The notes under the pieces are model-generated. The model saw only the letters and a list, made by a program, of their open reading frames with translations, was not told where the DNA came from and made no database searches. Of a stretch of 64,000 nucleotides of DNA, positions 13,251 through 27,922 are shown piece by piece; the stretch's first letter is position 1, and each line of letters begins with the position of its first letter. The position numbers were made by a program, and so were the translations under genes. Origin of the DNA: Chrysomallon squamiferum (lineage: Eukaryota > Animalia > Mollusca); NCBI GenBank assembly GCA_012295275.1, contig CM022671.1, positions 32,116,001 to 32,180,000 on the forward strand, given 5' to 3'.

Positions 13251-15574
13251 AACAAGTCCTGAGGTTATTTAACACACAACCCCGTTTCAGATTTTCTAGA
13301 AGAAAAATAACTGCTTTTTTTAAAATTATTTATTAAAATTTCAAAAATTCATTACTACTGCAGCACTAAAGAAAAATAAAAGTCACTATAATCACACATT
13401 ACTGCCAGATTACCACTAGGTTATGCTTGATTACCGAGAGCCAGTGTAACAATGAAAAAGCTATCTGGTCTGTTAAACTGTTATAGACTGGGCTTCGTTA
13501 AGCACACACTGCTCTGATAAGCACTCCAATACTGCTGATATTAACAGCAGGTTTGGTAATCAATCTGTCACTGCCTGGCCCACAGAAGGTCAGTGGTTGT
13601 CTGACTAATAAAGTAATATGTACACGTGTATTGATCACAGATTAATTGTATTCTCAGTCTGCATGCAGTTCACTGCACAGTTTCAACAAGATAGTACTTG
13701 TTTAGTTCTTTATTCTCACATACACGTCATAGTCTGTACAGTTATTATGTGTTTTGTTTACCTGTGTATATTAAATTGTTTAGTTATTAGTTGTTTAATT
13801 TATATATTTAATATGTATTTGTTGGATTTTTTTTGATAATCTGTTAAGCTTATGAATGTATACTAGTTTTTGTTAGATGTTTAGTTCACATATGTTCCTG
13901 TATGTGTGTATTGTGTACATATTAGTGTATTTTCGTTGGTTTATTTGCATTCATATCTGTATCTGTTTGCATGTGTGTTTGTATATATTTAGTTTTTATT
14001 TACACAGGTATATTAGTTTGTTTTGTAGTTTATATTTGTACTAGTTTATTATAATGTATGTGTGTGTGTAAGTTTATGGTTAGTTATTAAGTATTAATGA
14101 ACTATATATTAATCATACATTGTGCCTGTGTGCATATTAAATAAATGTATAACTGCTTTATATAGGATTTAGTCATTTTAGGATAAATTGTCACTTAACT
14201 GATTAAAAGCATTTATATATAACAAGATAAATGTCAAATCTGCTTACAACATGTATCTTGTTTTGTATCTGTAAAATTAAAATAAATAATAAAAATTATT
14301 TTAGTAAATTATTTTTAAATACTTTTTTTTAGGACATTAATACAAATATATCAAACAAAAAGGAAAAAAAGAAAGAAAAAAAAATACATTCAATTTATTT
14401 CATACTTACATTATCAGTTGTCACTTGCTCATTACCATTGGAAAATAAACTAATCTTGTATGTAGATAGCACACTTCTCGCCACTCGGGGCAGAAATCAA
14501 TAAATATTTGATTAGTCTTGGGATTCGTCTTTCCTGCTGTAAGTGCTAAATGAACAAACTGAAGACTATATTGATGAAGCAGTAATTCCTTTTCTATCTG
14601 TGTGATTATTATGCAACTGGGAGATTTTGTGGCTGGTACACACAACAAGTGGCATGTATTCATGTGTGCACTTACTGGTTTAATTTTACACATGGAATAT
14701 ATTTCTGATTTGTGTTCTGTGGCAAGAAATATTGTTGATTCTAATTTGGGAAGATCTTGTGGCAGTATGTAATAGTTCATATGTATTTGTGTATGCCGTG
14801 ACTTATTTAATTTTTATGCATGGAGAATATTTATGGATAGAAATAAAAATTTTATTCTGTTCTTGGAAGATTTTGAACTCAGATTGTAAGAGTATTCATA
14901 TATTTTTATTTTTACAACTGGATATACTTTGGACATCTGTTTGAGGTATTAAAATGTACAAGTTTTGGCTGTCTGGTTTTTATTAATCTGTTTTGGAGAG
15001 ATTTATGGCTCTTAGTAAGAATTCACATTCTTTAGTTTATTTTTACAACTGGAAAGAAGTTTGATTTATATTTATGTTGCAAAAATGGATTTGACTTTTA
15101 TACTAGTTCATTTGATACATATAAATAATGTAGATAATTAATTATGATGATCATGAATAACGATAATAGCTGCAGTTGTTCCAAATAATATAAATTCTTT
15201 CACAAGAATAAAATGCCAGTATGTAAGCTTTTTTTATTATTTGACAAGAATCTAAGATATTATATCATTAGCTGTGGGCAATAACAAGCAAAATTACATT
15301 TAATTACCTGTTTGTGAAACTGAAAAAAACCAAAAAGAGTTTTCATCACTATTTCTACTTCTTTCGATGATAATTAGTATTTTTGTTAAGGTAATAAGCT
15401 ATATTTTGTAGAACAGTGGCAGAGTAATATCATTTCCTACCATTAATCTTCAGTCTCCTTATATACCATATGTTCTTGCAATACAGAGATAATCCAGTTT
15501 ATATTTCCAAACAGAAACAAACTAGCAAAATTATTTTTTAAAAGTGTTTTGTTCTGGTTTTAAGTTTTGAGTCT

Positions 15575-15645
15575 ATTTTATTTGTGTTACAGCACACTGA
15601 TTCATTTTCTATCACTGGCTATTGTATTTCAAATGTTTGTTAGTG
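15575..15645 (-). mobile_element. SINE 3'-region remnant
   Basis: acagcacactgattcattttctatcactggctattgtatttcaaatgtttgtta resembles the distal part of the copy at 27923 (gagcatgtccattaattttttatcaggatctgctggatgtagaatatttgtta). Confidence 0.4.
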
Positions 15646-18168
15646 ACTATTATGATTATTATTAATATATATATATTTTTTTATACTTTTCATAGCAAAC
15701 CAACTAAAAGTTTCCATTCACAGAAATGTTTAATATATTTGTGCAAGCACACTTGCATGCACATATCTATGTAAATTACTACACACATTCACACACAATG
15801 TTGAATATGTCAGTATGCAAATTTCCACGTTATTTTCTTTTTCTTTTTCTTTTTTTAGTTCTTGTATGACAAACAAATTTTTTATTAAAAAGATATTTTC
15901 AGTATTTTTAAATGTAAAAGGATGTTAAAGTATTTTTTCTTCTTTGTGTTTTTAATTCATGGATATTTTATTTATTTTTTTATATGGTAAAATGTTAGAC
16001 ATTAACAGGCAGAGAAACAAACAAGAACAACAAAAAACGACCATCCCCAACATAATAAATATTTCAAGAACTGTCTTCAAAAATTAGTCATCTTATGTAA
16101 AACAGAGAAGAGTTGTGACTTTTGTTGCAAAATATAAGTGCCAGTAATTAATACACATTGAACTCAGAGTGACTCATAATAAAAAGTTGATATGATATAG
16201 TGTTGAGTCAGGCATTGTAATTTAAAATAAAAAAAAATTAAAATTTGTTCAGATAAGTACCATTGACAAAAACACTTGTTTTATAGTATAATGTCTGTTA
16301 TATGATACAAAATTTCCTGAAAGCTTATTTTGTTCATTTATTCTGAAAGAACACAGTGTTACATGTGAGCACTGATTGAATGTAATGTGTGCTTGGAAAG
16401 AGAGCCATCTAAAACAAATCAGAGAAGACTTATTATTTGACTGTCTTATAATTTTAATATGAATTGATAATTTTAATATTTATTCCAATTTTAACTTTTT
16501 TTTTCCCCTCTTTCAGTGTGACTTAAATTTTGTTTAAATATGATGCTGTATGTCATGACATTCATTAGTCAGCCTGATTTTAAAGTTTTCCTAGTCATTA
16601 AATATTAATTAATTTATACATTAATTCGTGCCTATGGGCTAATTCTGCAAGATCATTTAGATATTGTTAGATGTATAAACTGGAGTTTTTAATTTAATAT
16701 TTTGTAAAATAAATGTGACAAAAGAAGGGGTGGGCATAATAAGAGCAATTTAAAAAAAAGAAAGAATAATGATAAGAAAAATGAAAGAAAAAAAGAAGAT
16801 AAAGGGTGGACAAAATCACAGCAAAATTTACTGCTAACACTGACATTATAAATAAACTATTAGGTCTTGCAGGAAACAAATGGCTATGGTCATTCTGTTT
16901 TGAAAAAGACACCCTTTTGATTAAAAACAGATTAGCTTAATCAGACCCTTTGTGTCAAACAGAGAGTAGAAGGTTACAAAAAAAATCATATAAAGAAAGA
17001 TGGCCATTTTCTGTAGCAAACTAAAGACCATCCGAGTGGCAATTCCATGCATTATTAAGACACTTTGGCACCTCAGGGGCCTCATTGGCTGTGGAACTCT
17101 TTTCAAAGATCAATACTGTACTTAAAGAAGAAACTAGAGGAAAGCAAAATGCCAAATCACTCATACGAGATTTGACAGTCTGATGTTATTCACAAATAAA
17201 TGGCAAAAGAGCTGGCAACAGATTCTCTAGGTTTCAGTTGGTAAAAAGGAAATTGTTACATAGCATGGCTTCTCAGTGGGAAGATGTTTTCGAAGGATTA
17301 TTTCAAGCTGATTGTATTTATTATTGATTGATATTGTTTTTAATTTACAAGGGTAAAATACATAAGGGAAATAATAATTAAAAAAATAGTTTGTCTGGAA
17401 AAATAATAAAGAGAAAATGAGTAAGTTTAAAAAAATTAAAAAAAATGCAACAAACACCCTCCACCTAAAAACCAAATACAAAACCCCAAAAGAACAACAA
17501 ACAAAAAGATTAAAGAGAAAATTTATAGAAGTAATAAATAATAATGACTATCATTAAATATAAAATAAAAACAAAATAAAAAGAATAAAAGATAAAAATA
17601 AAACATAAAGCTGTAAATTAATTTTTTTAATTTTTTTTATTTAGAGATAAAAGTTATTATATATTCTGAACACAATGCTTCAGAACATAAAAGTTGAGAG
17701 AGAGCAGTAAAAAAAAACCTCCAACACTTTCGTAAATAATGAAACTTTGCCACATGTTGTTGAAAAAATATTTTCATAACATTCATGTACATCTTCCAAC
17801 AACAACAACAACTGTAACTATATTCAATACAGCTCTGATTGGAAAGGACAAAAAAATAACAACAACAACCCCAAAAAACATCTCATAGAAAACTAATGTT
17901 GTGACTAATCGTTCCTCGGGCAATTGCTGCTGTGTTAAGCTATTGTAACGGTGGATGTGAATGTGAGACAAGGGAGAAGAAATTCATCTCCAAACTTGTT
18001 ACAGCAGCAGTCTTTCATAGATGAATCCTCAAAGGAAAATGAACAAAAATAAATAATTAAAAATTTTGTTTGTTCAGACGATGGGGAAGAACTGGGCGTG
18101 ATCAATAACTTGAGCGTCACATATTTTATGTCTTTTTTAATACTTTATTTTAATGTATTTAAGATTGA

Positions 18169-18171
<3 letters not shown>

Positions 18172-18230
<59 letters not shown>

Positions 18231-18275
18231 GTAGTAGTAGTAATAGTGATAGTAGTAGTGGTAATAGTGGTAATA
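18172..18275. repeat. (TAT)n then (TAG)n-like compound microsatellite
   Basis: Direct reading; source of the poly-Tyr/Ser ORF. Confidence 0.93.
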
Positions 18276-18963
18276 GCAGTCCTTTCAAAAAAACAAAAAA
18301 ATGTTGTTTTTTAAGATTGTTTTTTAATTATTTCTTTTTTTTTTTTGTTGATGAAAACTAATAAATATTTCTTTTGAGTAGGTTGAGCCAAATATAATTT
18401 ATTAGTTTCTTTTATTTTACTTCTTTTATTTTTTGGTGAAATTAGCTAGTAATGGAAATAAATAGTGCCAAACAGTTGATCATTAATTAAATAAACTAAC
18501 AAACATAAATAAATAAATAAATAAACATAATACACTTCACCATCATCAACTTTCAGTTTTGTTAATTTTTGTTAAATGAGTTTTGTTCATCATTATTTAT
18601 TCTGAAAAATTAATCATAGATGGATGGCTTAACAAACAGTTAAGCATAAATAAAAGTCAGAAATCCATATTAACCTGTTAACCAGTGCAGTCAAGATTGC
18701 TCATCACAGCATGCAATCAATTGAAACAGAAGTTTACAAAATAAGATTTGATAAAAAATATTTGTTTTCAGGGAAGTGGTGACACATTGATTAGCACTGG
18801 TGCAATGTTCTTTTTGCTTTCTTCATTTCAATCAATGCCATTAGAAAATACCATGTAATTTGATCAAATATTGTTATTGCCTTGGTTTAATATATCAGAT
18901 TTACATTAGTAAGCCTAAATAAACTGACAAATTAATGGTATCTCAACATTTTAATAGTTAATG

Positions 18964-19263
18964 CAAGTTCAAGGTGCCTTACCTGAAATTTGTGTTATTG
19001 GATTTTGGAACATAAGGAGAGACCCTAGGTCTGAATATAAAATCTATTTATATTTTATGTGAAGCTTATACAGACTGTTGGCAGATATTTTTTTTATACA
19101 AAATGTTTAATAATTCTTATTAATGAAATCACATTTCTTTATGTTATTACATAATTAAAACTGTAAGATTACACTATCTTGAATGCTCATAAAAAATATT
19201 TAAAAAAAAATAATTTTGGTAAATTTGGGATTTTGGAATTTTGCATAAGGGATCCTCAGCCTG
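18964..19263 (+). mobile_element. Decayed non-autonomous pogo/Tigger-type MITE, resembling Tigger4 (Zombi/MER46)
   Basis: Left end caagttcaaggtgccttacctgaaat and right end attttgcataagggatcctcagcctg are imperfect inverted repeats resembling CAGGTTGAGTATCCCTTATCC. Subterminal GGATTTTGGA motifs are present. The interior (gaccctaggtctgaatataaaatctatttat...cttatacag...tttatacaaaatgtttaataatt...cactatct) is collinear with my recollection of the Tigger4 consensus. Flanked by TG on both sides (TA expected). Confidence 0.6.
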
Positions 19264-19299
19264 TGTTTATTAAATATTAATATATATAAAAAGATGAAT

Positions 19300-19515
19300 A
19301 TATGGTAAATTTGTACCTTAGTCTTATTAATTAGGATTTTGAAAATTTTTATATGCATCTTTCTGTAAACAAGACAGGACTTATCATGGTCTATGATAAA
19401 CTATTTTATAGGCCACTGACAGGAATGTGAAATAACTCGGTTAGGCTCTGAGAAGGATTGATCCAGTTACTGATGATACTTCAGACAATATCGCTAACCT
19501 CTGAGCCACAGACTG
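19300..19515 (-). mobile_element. tRNA-derived SINE (best-preserved head in the window)
   Basis: Minus strand: TGGCTCAGAGG (A box), ~30 nt, GGATCAATCC (B box). The body ttttatatgcatc...aagacaggacttatcatggtctatgataaac is shared with the other copies. Confidence 0.7.
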
Positions 19516-19664
19516 ATCTGATTAATATGTCAGCTGGCAGTAGTTTGACACTAATATTTGCAGAATTCCTGATGTATGTTATGAGGAAACAAAATCATTT
19601 GATACTTGGCATAAACATTGAGTGCTCTTGGCTATAAGCTGATCTTTATAATTCTGGTAGAGAT

Positions 19665-19815
19665 TCTGCAGCAAAGAAAAGTGGAAATGATTATTTTTTT
19701 TTTCTTTATATTAACTACACTGGTTTTATTTATGGGACTTGCTGTAAAGAAAAATATCATTTTTTTTTTTTTTTTTTTTTTGTTTTCTCTTTATTAACCA
19801 CAATGGTTTTATTTG
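19665..19815. repeat. Short diverged direct duplication
   Basis: gc(a/t)g(c/t)aaagaaaa...poly-T...tattaac(t/c)aca(c/a)tggttttattt occurs twice. Confidence 0.6.
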
Positions 19816-19875
19816 CTTATTTATTTTTTTACTGATATAGTTTTAATTTTTTCGATTTTTTCCCTCTTTTTTTTT

Positions 19876-19913
<38 letters not shown>

Positions 19914-21149
19914 TATTCTAACCAAGTAACCAATATTTTAATACCTAGGCTTTTGCAGTAAATGAAATTTGTTAAATTAAATATTTTCAATGATAAAACA
20001 ATGAATTTAAAGAAATATAGGATTATATTTTAATTAAGTAATTATTTAGTAATAATAATAAAATAATAATAATAATGAGGTAATAAAAACTGAGATAATT
20101 AGGGTGTTTGGTAGGATTATTTTTTTCATTTTTTCTTTTTAGTTTATTTATATTGCTAAAAACGTTTCTGTTTGTTCAACCACCTATCCATTAATTTTTA
20201 CAGTGCTTTCACATTTTGTTGTGACTACAACTGTGTCTGCACACCGTTTTGCACGCAACCACAAAATGCGTATTTCAGCAAGTAGGTAATAAAGAAAGTA
20301 ACGATCGACAAAGGTAAAATTAACCATTTGATTTAAATGTAATGGAGAGAAGCTATTTTCCAAGCCATAGTGATTTATAGTGAAAGATAGAATACTGTTT
20401 ATTGCGGCTCTATTGATCTCAAGTGCTTGGTGGCGGCTGTAGACTTCTGAATTGGCCGCTCTTGGTATCTGCTTGAAGCAATCACACTTGCTGTTACTTA
20501 TCACTCGAGTATTGATTAAATTTGTCTTGGCTTCACTTGGTGTTTTGTTTCACTTTATGAGTTGCCAGTTTAGATCTGTTGTGTGCATAATTCTATTAAA
20601 CAATGAGACTGCTGTCACATATATGACCTTAGAGGTTATTACGATTTCTTTGAGAAACTGCATTATGTGAGCAGATTGTAAAGGAGCCCAGTCATTAAGA
20701 CGATGTTGCATGGTGATAGGTTTATGCATGGGTTAATGCTCAGTTGGGAATATTAATGTTTTCCTAATTTCATCTGCTCCACTGGCTATTTTCCCAACTG
20801 CCACAGTTTTAACACTCAGATTTATAATCATGAGGGCTGGAATTGGGGCCCATTACATTCATATTGTGCACAAAGTTAGCCAATGTTTATTTTGGTCAGT
20901 TGGATCAGTCCTAGGTAAAAATGTTGCTTTAAGCCAATATGCATGTGAGTCAAAAGTGCAGTGGAGTTAATTGAGAATTTCTTGATCAAATATTTAGCAA
21001 CCAATAAACTAAATTATTTATAAAATTGAAAATATTTTTAATGAGAACAGATGCTAATTAAATATATACATGTATTTAATTATGAGTCACTATTAATAAA
21101 TATCATTTGAAAATAAAGTATTTCATTACTAAATTACATTAAATATAGG

Positions 21150-21220
21150 ATACATTTATAGCCCAGTGGCTAAATACTAGATTAAGAAATGACGGAGTTT
21201 AGGATCAAGCCTCTTTGGTG
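21150..21220 (+). mobile_element. SINE tRNA-like head remnant
   Basis: TAGCCCAGTGG (A box, 21159-21169) and AGGATCAAGCC (B-box-like, 21201-21211); no intact cloverleaf. Confidence 0.55.
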
Positions 21221-24200
21221 TTTCTTTTCATTACCATTTCTTCAATGTGTGGATGCCATTAAAAAATTAGAATGAAAGAAATATTTATTTAATTTTAATG
21301 GTTTTGTATTATTATCACATGATATGGGGGAGACTGTTATTTTCAATGTAAATCAGTTTAAAAGGTTTTAACAGTCAGAAGTGTCACTCCAATTTTCTTT
21401 GGCTACTATATTTTATATAAAAATATACATTTTGTTATTATGATTTTTGAAAATGGATTATTAAAGAATGACCATTTTAAGATAAACTTGTAAATAAAAA
21501 TAAATGCAATCTTCCACTATAAATTCAAAAAAAAAAAAAAAAAAAAAAAATCTTATCAAACCATGTTTTTATGTTTAATCCCAAATAAAGTACCAGTATA
21601 ACACAATTGAAAATAGGTTATATTAGCATAACCACACCAATCTTGAAAGTTGTCATATTATTAAATATACATATCTTTAAAAATGTATCACAATATCTTA
21701 TTTAGTTCTTTTTCCATAGCTAAATTTGCACACCACTCATGCCATCTCATTTACAATCCATACTGTTACAATGGCAATCTTGTCATCTAACAGAAGAAAT
21801 TTGTCAGTTTTCATCTAAGCAAATATTCTGCCTCAGTAACAACTGACTGAAAGGAATCTCAAAATGGCATGAGCCAAAGTAATCTGCCTTGTCGATTAGA
21901 TTACCGTATGTAATGGTCTAATACTGTGTCCACTTTAGTATGTTAGCCTAGAGGAAGCTTGACAATGTGGGTTATAAAGGAAATGATGTAAAGGAAATGT
22001 CTTTATGATTATCACTGCTGTATCTTGATGAACATTAGCTGCTATGGATATTATTCATTTGCTGCTTACTTTTTTGCAAGATGCATTAGGACAATGAATG
22101 TTTTAAGAGGAGGATGGAGGGATTAAGAATGTGAAATGAATTTAAAAATGTTATTCTTGTACTTATTATTTGAAAACTTTATTTTATTTTTGGTCTTTTT
22201 ATGTAATAGCTTATGAAGAACAATGAAAAAAAAAAAAAAAATTATGTTTTCATTTCACTTTTGCTTGTCATCTCACTTTGTTTATGTATATATATGAATC
22301 TGTCATTATTTCATTAATATATATGTGTTTATATTAACTATGGATTCCAAACATACATAGGTTTCTCAAGTTTGTACATTGCACTGATGGATGTTCTTGT
22401 TTTATTTATATCAGCAAATGTTTTATTCATGTTTGTATGTATGAAAGTATCAATATCTCCTTCTTTTCTCTGTCTTTGTCTCTTTCTTTTTACCTCTTTC
22501 TCATATTCTGCATCTCCCTGAAGACTTTAACATATGTCTGTATTGAAACAAAAGGACAGTAAAATCTCATTTAAACAAACACACATTTATAACATGTTAT
22601 CCAATTCTAAACACAGATCTGTAATACTTTATCCAGTTTGAAAAGTTAACCATTGTACTGTTTGGAATTACCTAGACGCAGCAGAACGTGATTGGATCTA
22701 TGTTTACAGCCTCATAAAGAGAGTGTTTACAGAAACTCTTTGAAGTAGAGTGGCTTATAGCTTGTCTTGATTTAGACAAGTGTCAGTGCACAGCACAGAC
22801 TTCAACAACGGCCACTGAATAGAAGAATTATCTTGGTTCACTGAATAACACAGCTTGTTTAAATTGCTATCACAAATATTACGCCTACTTGCTGCGTGAA
22901 ATGTGATGTATAGGAAGAAACAAATTGTAAATGTATACGTTTATACAAATCTAGGTGGGATTTTTTGACCCCCCCCCCAATCTTTGAAGGACAGGATTTT
23001 CATGGATTTGATTAAAGGATACATTGCTGATGAGGGTCTTAAAAAAAATGAGTGGTTTATGAAAAGTCTGGCTTTTATTGTTTTGATGGTAAAATGGTGA
23101 TGTTAGCTAAATGGAATCCATGATGATGATGATGATGATAATGGTAAAATTTATGAAAGTTTTATTGGCTGCTTCATGAGAAATAAGGTTGTTTTTTTTG
23201 TTGTTGTTTTTTTTTTTAATATATTTTTTTTTTTTTGGTTTTTAAAGTAAAGATGATCAAACATTTTATATTTGTGAGCTTATCAATTCTGTTATTAATG
23301 TATTTTTTTTAAAAAACCATTCTTTTGGGATTTCCTATTTTAGTGCTGCAATTTAATTATTATTTTAATTTTAATTTCATTGTTAAATCAACAATTTAAA
23401 AAAATATATATTTTGGTGTTTTGTTTCATCATTATTTACAGTAAATTTTAGTTTATTGCTTTTTAATTTTTAAAATAGTTTAATACTTGTATTTGATTAC
23501 ATTAAATGGAGTTATTTTTTGTATTTATGGCATAAAGATTGTCCTACCATCAGGTATCATGTTCCACAAAAGCGATAGTTTAAATCTGTCTGATTAACAT
23601 AAAGAGGATCTGACTGTTTAGCTGCAACATCCCCACGAGAGGATCCAGTTACACCAGTAGAGCAGAATCTTAAATTGTTAAAGAAAAATCCATAACGTAA
23701 TACTTGAATTGGTAGATTTATTTGTTAAAAGTTTATAATGTTACCTTTTATTATGCAGATGGTTTGCGATATTTTACTATAATGCTGCTTTATGGTTCTT
23801 AACCGTGCATATTGATTGTGGAATATGAAACAACTGCTGTTGTCACTGAGAGAATGTGTATAGATTTTCTCTTATCATACAGTGAGTAGAAAAGTTATCA
23901 GACAGTTTGATTTTTATATGTGTAGCATCGTGTCAGATGAGGCTTTTTTGATAATTTAAAAAAAAAAAATGTTTGAGTCAAGGGGTGCGTTGTGTTTATT
24001 TAGTTGTTAGTAATATCAAATTAGATGAGTTAATTTATATCAGTTATGGGATAATACATCTATAGCATTAAATTATTTACTTTGTTTTGTGCAGGTTGTG
24101 ATATCATATTTCTACTGGATAGATTTTTTTTAGTTTTTTTTAAAATTATAAATATTACACCATGGTCATACTGGATAGGTAATTAGGTTTTAATAAATGG

Positions 24201-25956
24201 TGTATATGTGGTCATAGTTTTTCAGTATTTATTTATTTATTTATTTATGTGATAATATGACCACGTTGTTTCAGTGTCAAATAGGTTTTGCTTTCTGACT
24301 TATAATTTAAAACTCATTTTTTATTATTTATTATTATTATTATTATTTTTACTTACTATACTAATAAATTATTGTTGTAAAATGAGATGGTTAAAAAGTA
24401 GTTTTTTATCTTATTGTAGTACAGTTGCTATGTTTTTGTGATGATAAGTTCCTGTTTCCAGTTTTGGATTGTTTACAGTTTCTTGGTTTAATATCAAATG
24501 GTTATAATATCAGATAGTTTGTTTAGTTTTTCTGATTACCATGTCAAGTGGATCATTTGGTTTTTTCCTTCATTTTGCTGCAATAAAATAATGGAAACCA
24601 GGGAAATAAAATGCATGGAGCAAACCAGATGTTTTCAGATGTCACTGAAGTTAATAGAAGTTGGCTCTGAATGTGTATTTGTATTAATGAGATTCCATCT
24701 ATCAGTATTGCTAGTCACTGCATATTTTTCTTGTTTAAAAAATTAAAGAAAAAAAAAAAAAATAGAAGAGCTTACATAAATATTTTCTTTAGTCTTTAAT
24801 TAATGAATCCAAAATACTCAGAATTTCTGGCATAATAAAAATCCAATCATTGTCTTTTGTGTCATTGTGTAAAAAAAAAATTTTGTTTGTTTTGTTTTAT
24901 TTTGTTTTTATTTTTTATTTCTAAGTTGAAAAAAAAGAAAATACAGTTTGATGATGCAGTTTGTATTACATTTAGCAATTTTTTTTTTTAATTCCTGTCT
25001 ATATATGCATCTTAATAGGCAAACCTTTTGAATCTCTTACATTTCCCGTAAGTGGAATGGATCACTTATGGAATTAGGAAAGCATGTTCCAAAGCCTTTT
25101 ATATACTAATCATGTGACCACTGTTAAGATTACCTTAAAATAGGTTATTATATTTATGATAATTTTTCTTTTCATTCCCTTTGGCACTATTCCTGTATTT
25201 GTAGTCCTTTATAAAATAGTTTGAGAATTCACAGAAAAGAAGTCTGTAATAATTCATGTATATTAACCATAAACACTAAGTTGTTGTTGCCATGGTAAAA
25301 AAATTCATATGCTGTGCAGTCAGATGAAAGAATTGTACCTTTTTTTTCTATTCTTACCCTGAAGGGCTTTATAAGGCAAATCCATGTAAATCCTTTTGAT
25401 GATTTTTTTTTATTATTATTATTATTTTTTTTTGTGATAACTGTCTGGATGTAGATAAATACAAATAGAGAAATGACTAATTATTAAATAAATATCTATT
25501 TTTATCTAAACTGCTCTCTGTGTTAGAGAAAAATTAAATGAAATAAAATGAAATGAAGTGAAATAAATAATTTTAAACATTAAAATTAGAAAAAAAAAAA
25601 CAACAACAGCTTGCTATAGATTTGGTTTATAAGATGAAACACTGTTGAAATGCCAAATACCAGTAATGAAACAGTGTAGGGTAATATCTGGGTGGTGTTG
25701 AAAGTGAAAGGGGAAGGTTCTGTGATATATGGATGGGGAATTACTTGACAGATGGTTTTAGAAGTGGTTGCAGATTTTTGTGTTGCTATAGAAACATGTT
25801 TTATTGCCACTTGAAGCTTTAAATGAAGTGTGACATTGCCAAAAAATTTCTTGTAGGGATATCAATATCAAGTGCTGATCTAACATAGCCTACAGAAACT
25901 GCAAACAGACTGATAGACGAACAAAGAATGATGATGATGATGTGGTGATGATGATG

Positions 25957-25994
<38 letters not shown>

Positions 25995-27348
25995 TGCCAG
26001 AAAAATTAGGATTATTGATAAAACTACAAAACTAGTTTCATTACAGTCCTGCATACAACACTGTTGAAACATTTAGATTGAATAGTCTAAACAATTAATT
26101 TAGTATGCCTTTTTAAAAACTTAAATTGAATTAGTGGTGTGTGTAAAGAATTTGTCAAAAATCCATCATTGTATGTGTTTGTCTATAGGTATAAGAAGAA
26201 ATGGAATTCAAAAGATTTTGATATTATCTTTTTATGAATTGTCAAATATGTAACAGATAAAAATCTATATTTTTGAATAAAAACATATTAATCTTCTAAG
26301 GTATCAGTTTACCAAATGACATGCATGTGTACATTGGAAATATTACTTGTAGAGTTAATTGTATGTTCAGTGAACAGTGTGTGTCTTTGTGTTTCCTAAC
26401 ACTAAGCCAGTGAACTGTGCCTGGAGAGTGACTCATAATACACTGTTGTCCATTTGAATAACTTGTCACTTGTACACTAAGCTGGAGAAACAGAAAAACA
26501 TGATTTTCAACAGGTTCAAAGTTACTATAAGCTTTAAATAGGGTCTCTGTCAGTAAATAATCACTTTGTGTAAAAATACACAAATGTAGACCGATACATT
26601 AAGACACAAAGACTGGTGTGTGCATGCATACATGTTACCGACATGTGCATAATTATGATATAGATATTCACAGATTTATTAGTCATACATTGGAACAAAC
26701 ATTGTCACTTTGTCTTTTTCTATTTTTATGGCAACAGCATGTGGAGATTGCAATGTTTTGGGTTTTCTTTGTATATTTTTATTTTTTATTTTTATTTTTT
26801 TATTACTATTTTTTTAAATATCTGTTTGTTTTTTAATTATTATTATTATTATTATTTTTTTTAATTTATAAATTGATTACTAAAATGGAATATGGAATAT
26901 AGCTGCTTTAATGCATACAACACCAAATTATTTAACTGAATTTTCAGTTGCACCATTTTGTGTACAAACCACATTTTGTCAGTATCCAGTCCTCTCAAAA
27001 AACCCTGTAAAATAAAATAACAATAGCTAATGTGGATTAAAATCTGGTCATGCCATTCCATCCATGTAATTATTTCTGAAATGCTCTTTTTATTACAGAA
27101 GATAATTTTATGTGGGAGATTTTGTCAGCTGCATTTAATGAATAGTTCAGTTGGTTGATGTACTCTCTCTTTGTCTCCTCATCTCTTTCTCTTTCTCCTT
27201 TATTCTATTTTGTTTCTCTCTCACGCATACATGCATACACACACAACATATACACATGTGCATGCACATACATGAAGGTACAATGTTTTTTTATTTTTTT
27301 TTTAAAAACAATGAAAACAGCTTACATTTAAAACCATACACTTTTTTG

Positions 27349-27381
<33 letters not shown>

Positions 27382-27922
27382 TTATTTGTTAAAATTTATC
27401 ATGTGAAGAAATCTGGAAGAAATATGGAAGGAATTTGGAAGGAATTATTTTTTTTATATATATTGTAATAACAGTCTAGCATATAACATTACATGTATTA
27501 TTTGTGTGACAGAAATATAATCAACTGATTTTTGTTTGTTTTACGGCCATTGGTGCCTTTGGTGACTACTGCACAGTGATTGAAATGTGGATCGCTCTGT
27601 AAGATATTGCTTAATGTCTATGTCAAATGACCCACACTGGGCCAGAAAATTTTTGCTTATGACTTTATACTTGGTATTTTATTGGAATATTAGCTTCGCA
27701 GGAAAATATCTAATCAAATTGAACCACTTACGCTAGTGATACATCCTGTTGTAGATGTCCCGAGGTAGTTGCAGATGAAGATCACTTTTCCTGATATGAT
27801 CTCTGTATAGCAGGCTAAGAATAACATGCAGGGTAATTAAATATCAACTGTCATTCGCGTTGTAGCAAACTCTGTCATTGCATGAACAGAAATCAACAGA
27901 AACACGGGCGGTCATGCATACA

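Noticed and set aside
17025-17183. Protein-like open frame ending ...INTVLKEETRGKQNAKSLIRDLTV*
   Set aside because: No convincing acceptor/donor pair; bounded by stops; more likely a non-coding island.
18975-18990. Minus-strand CAG|GTAAGG
   Set aside because: Lies within the left TIR of the Tigger-like element and lacks a pyrimidine tract.
21150-21220. Possible tRNA gene
   Set aside because: A/B boxes are present but there is no acceptor or anticodon stem; interpreted as a SINE head.
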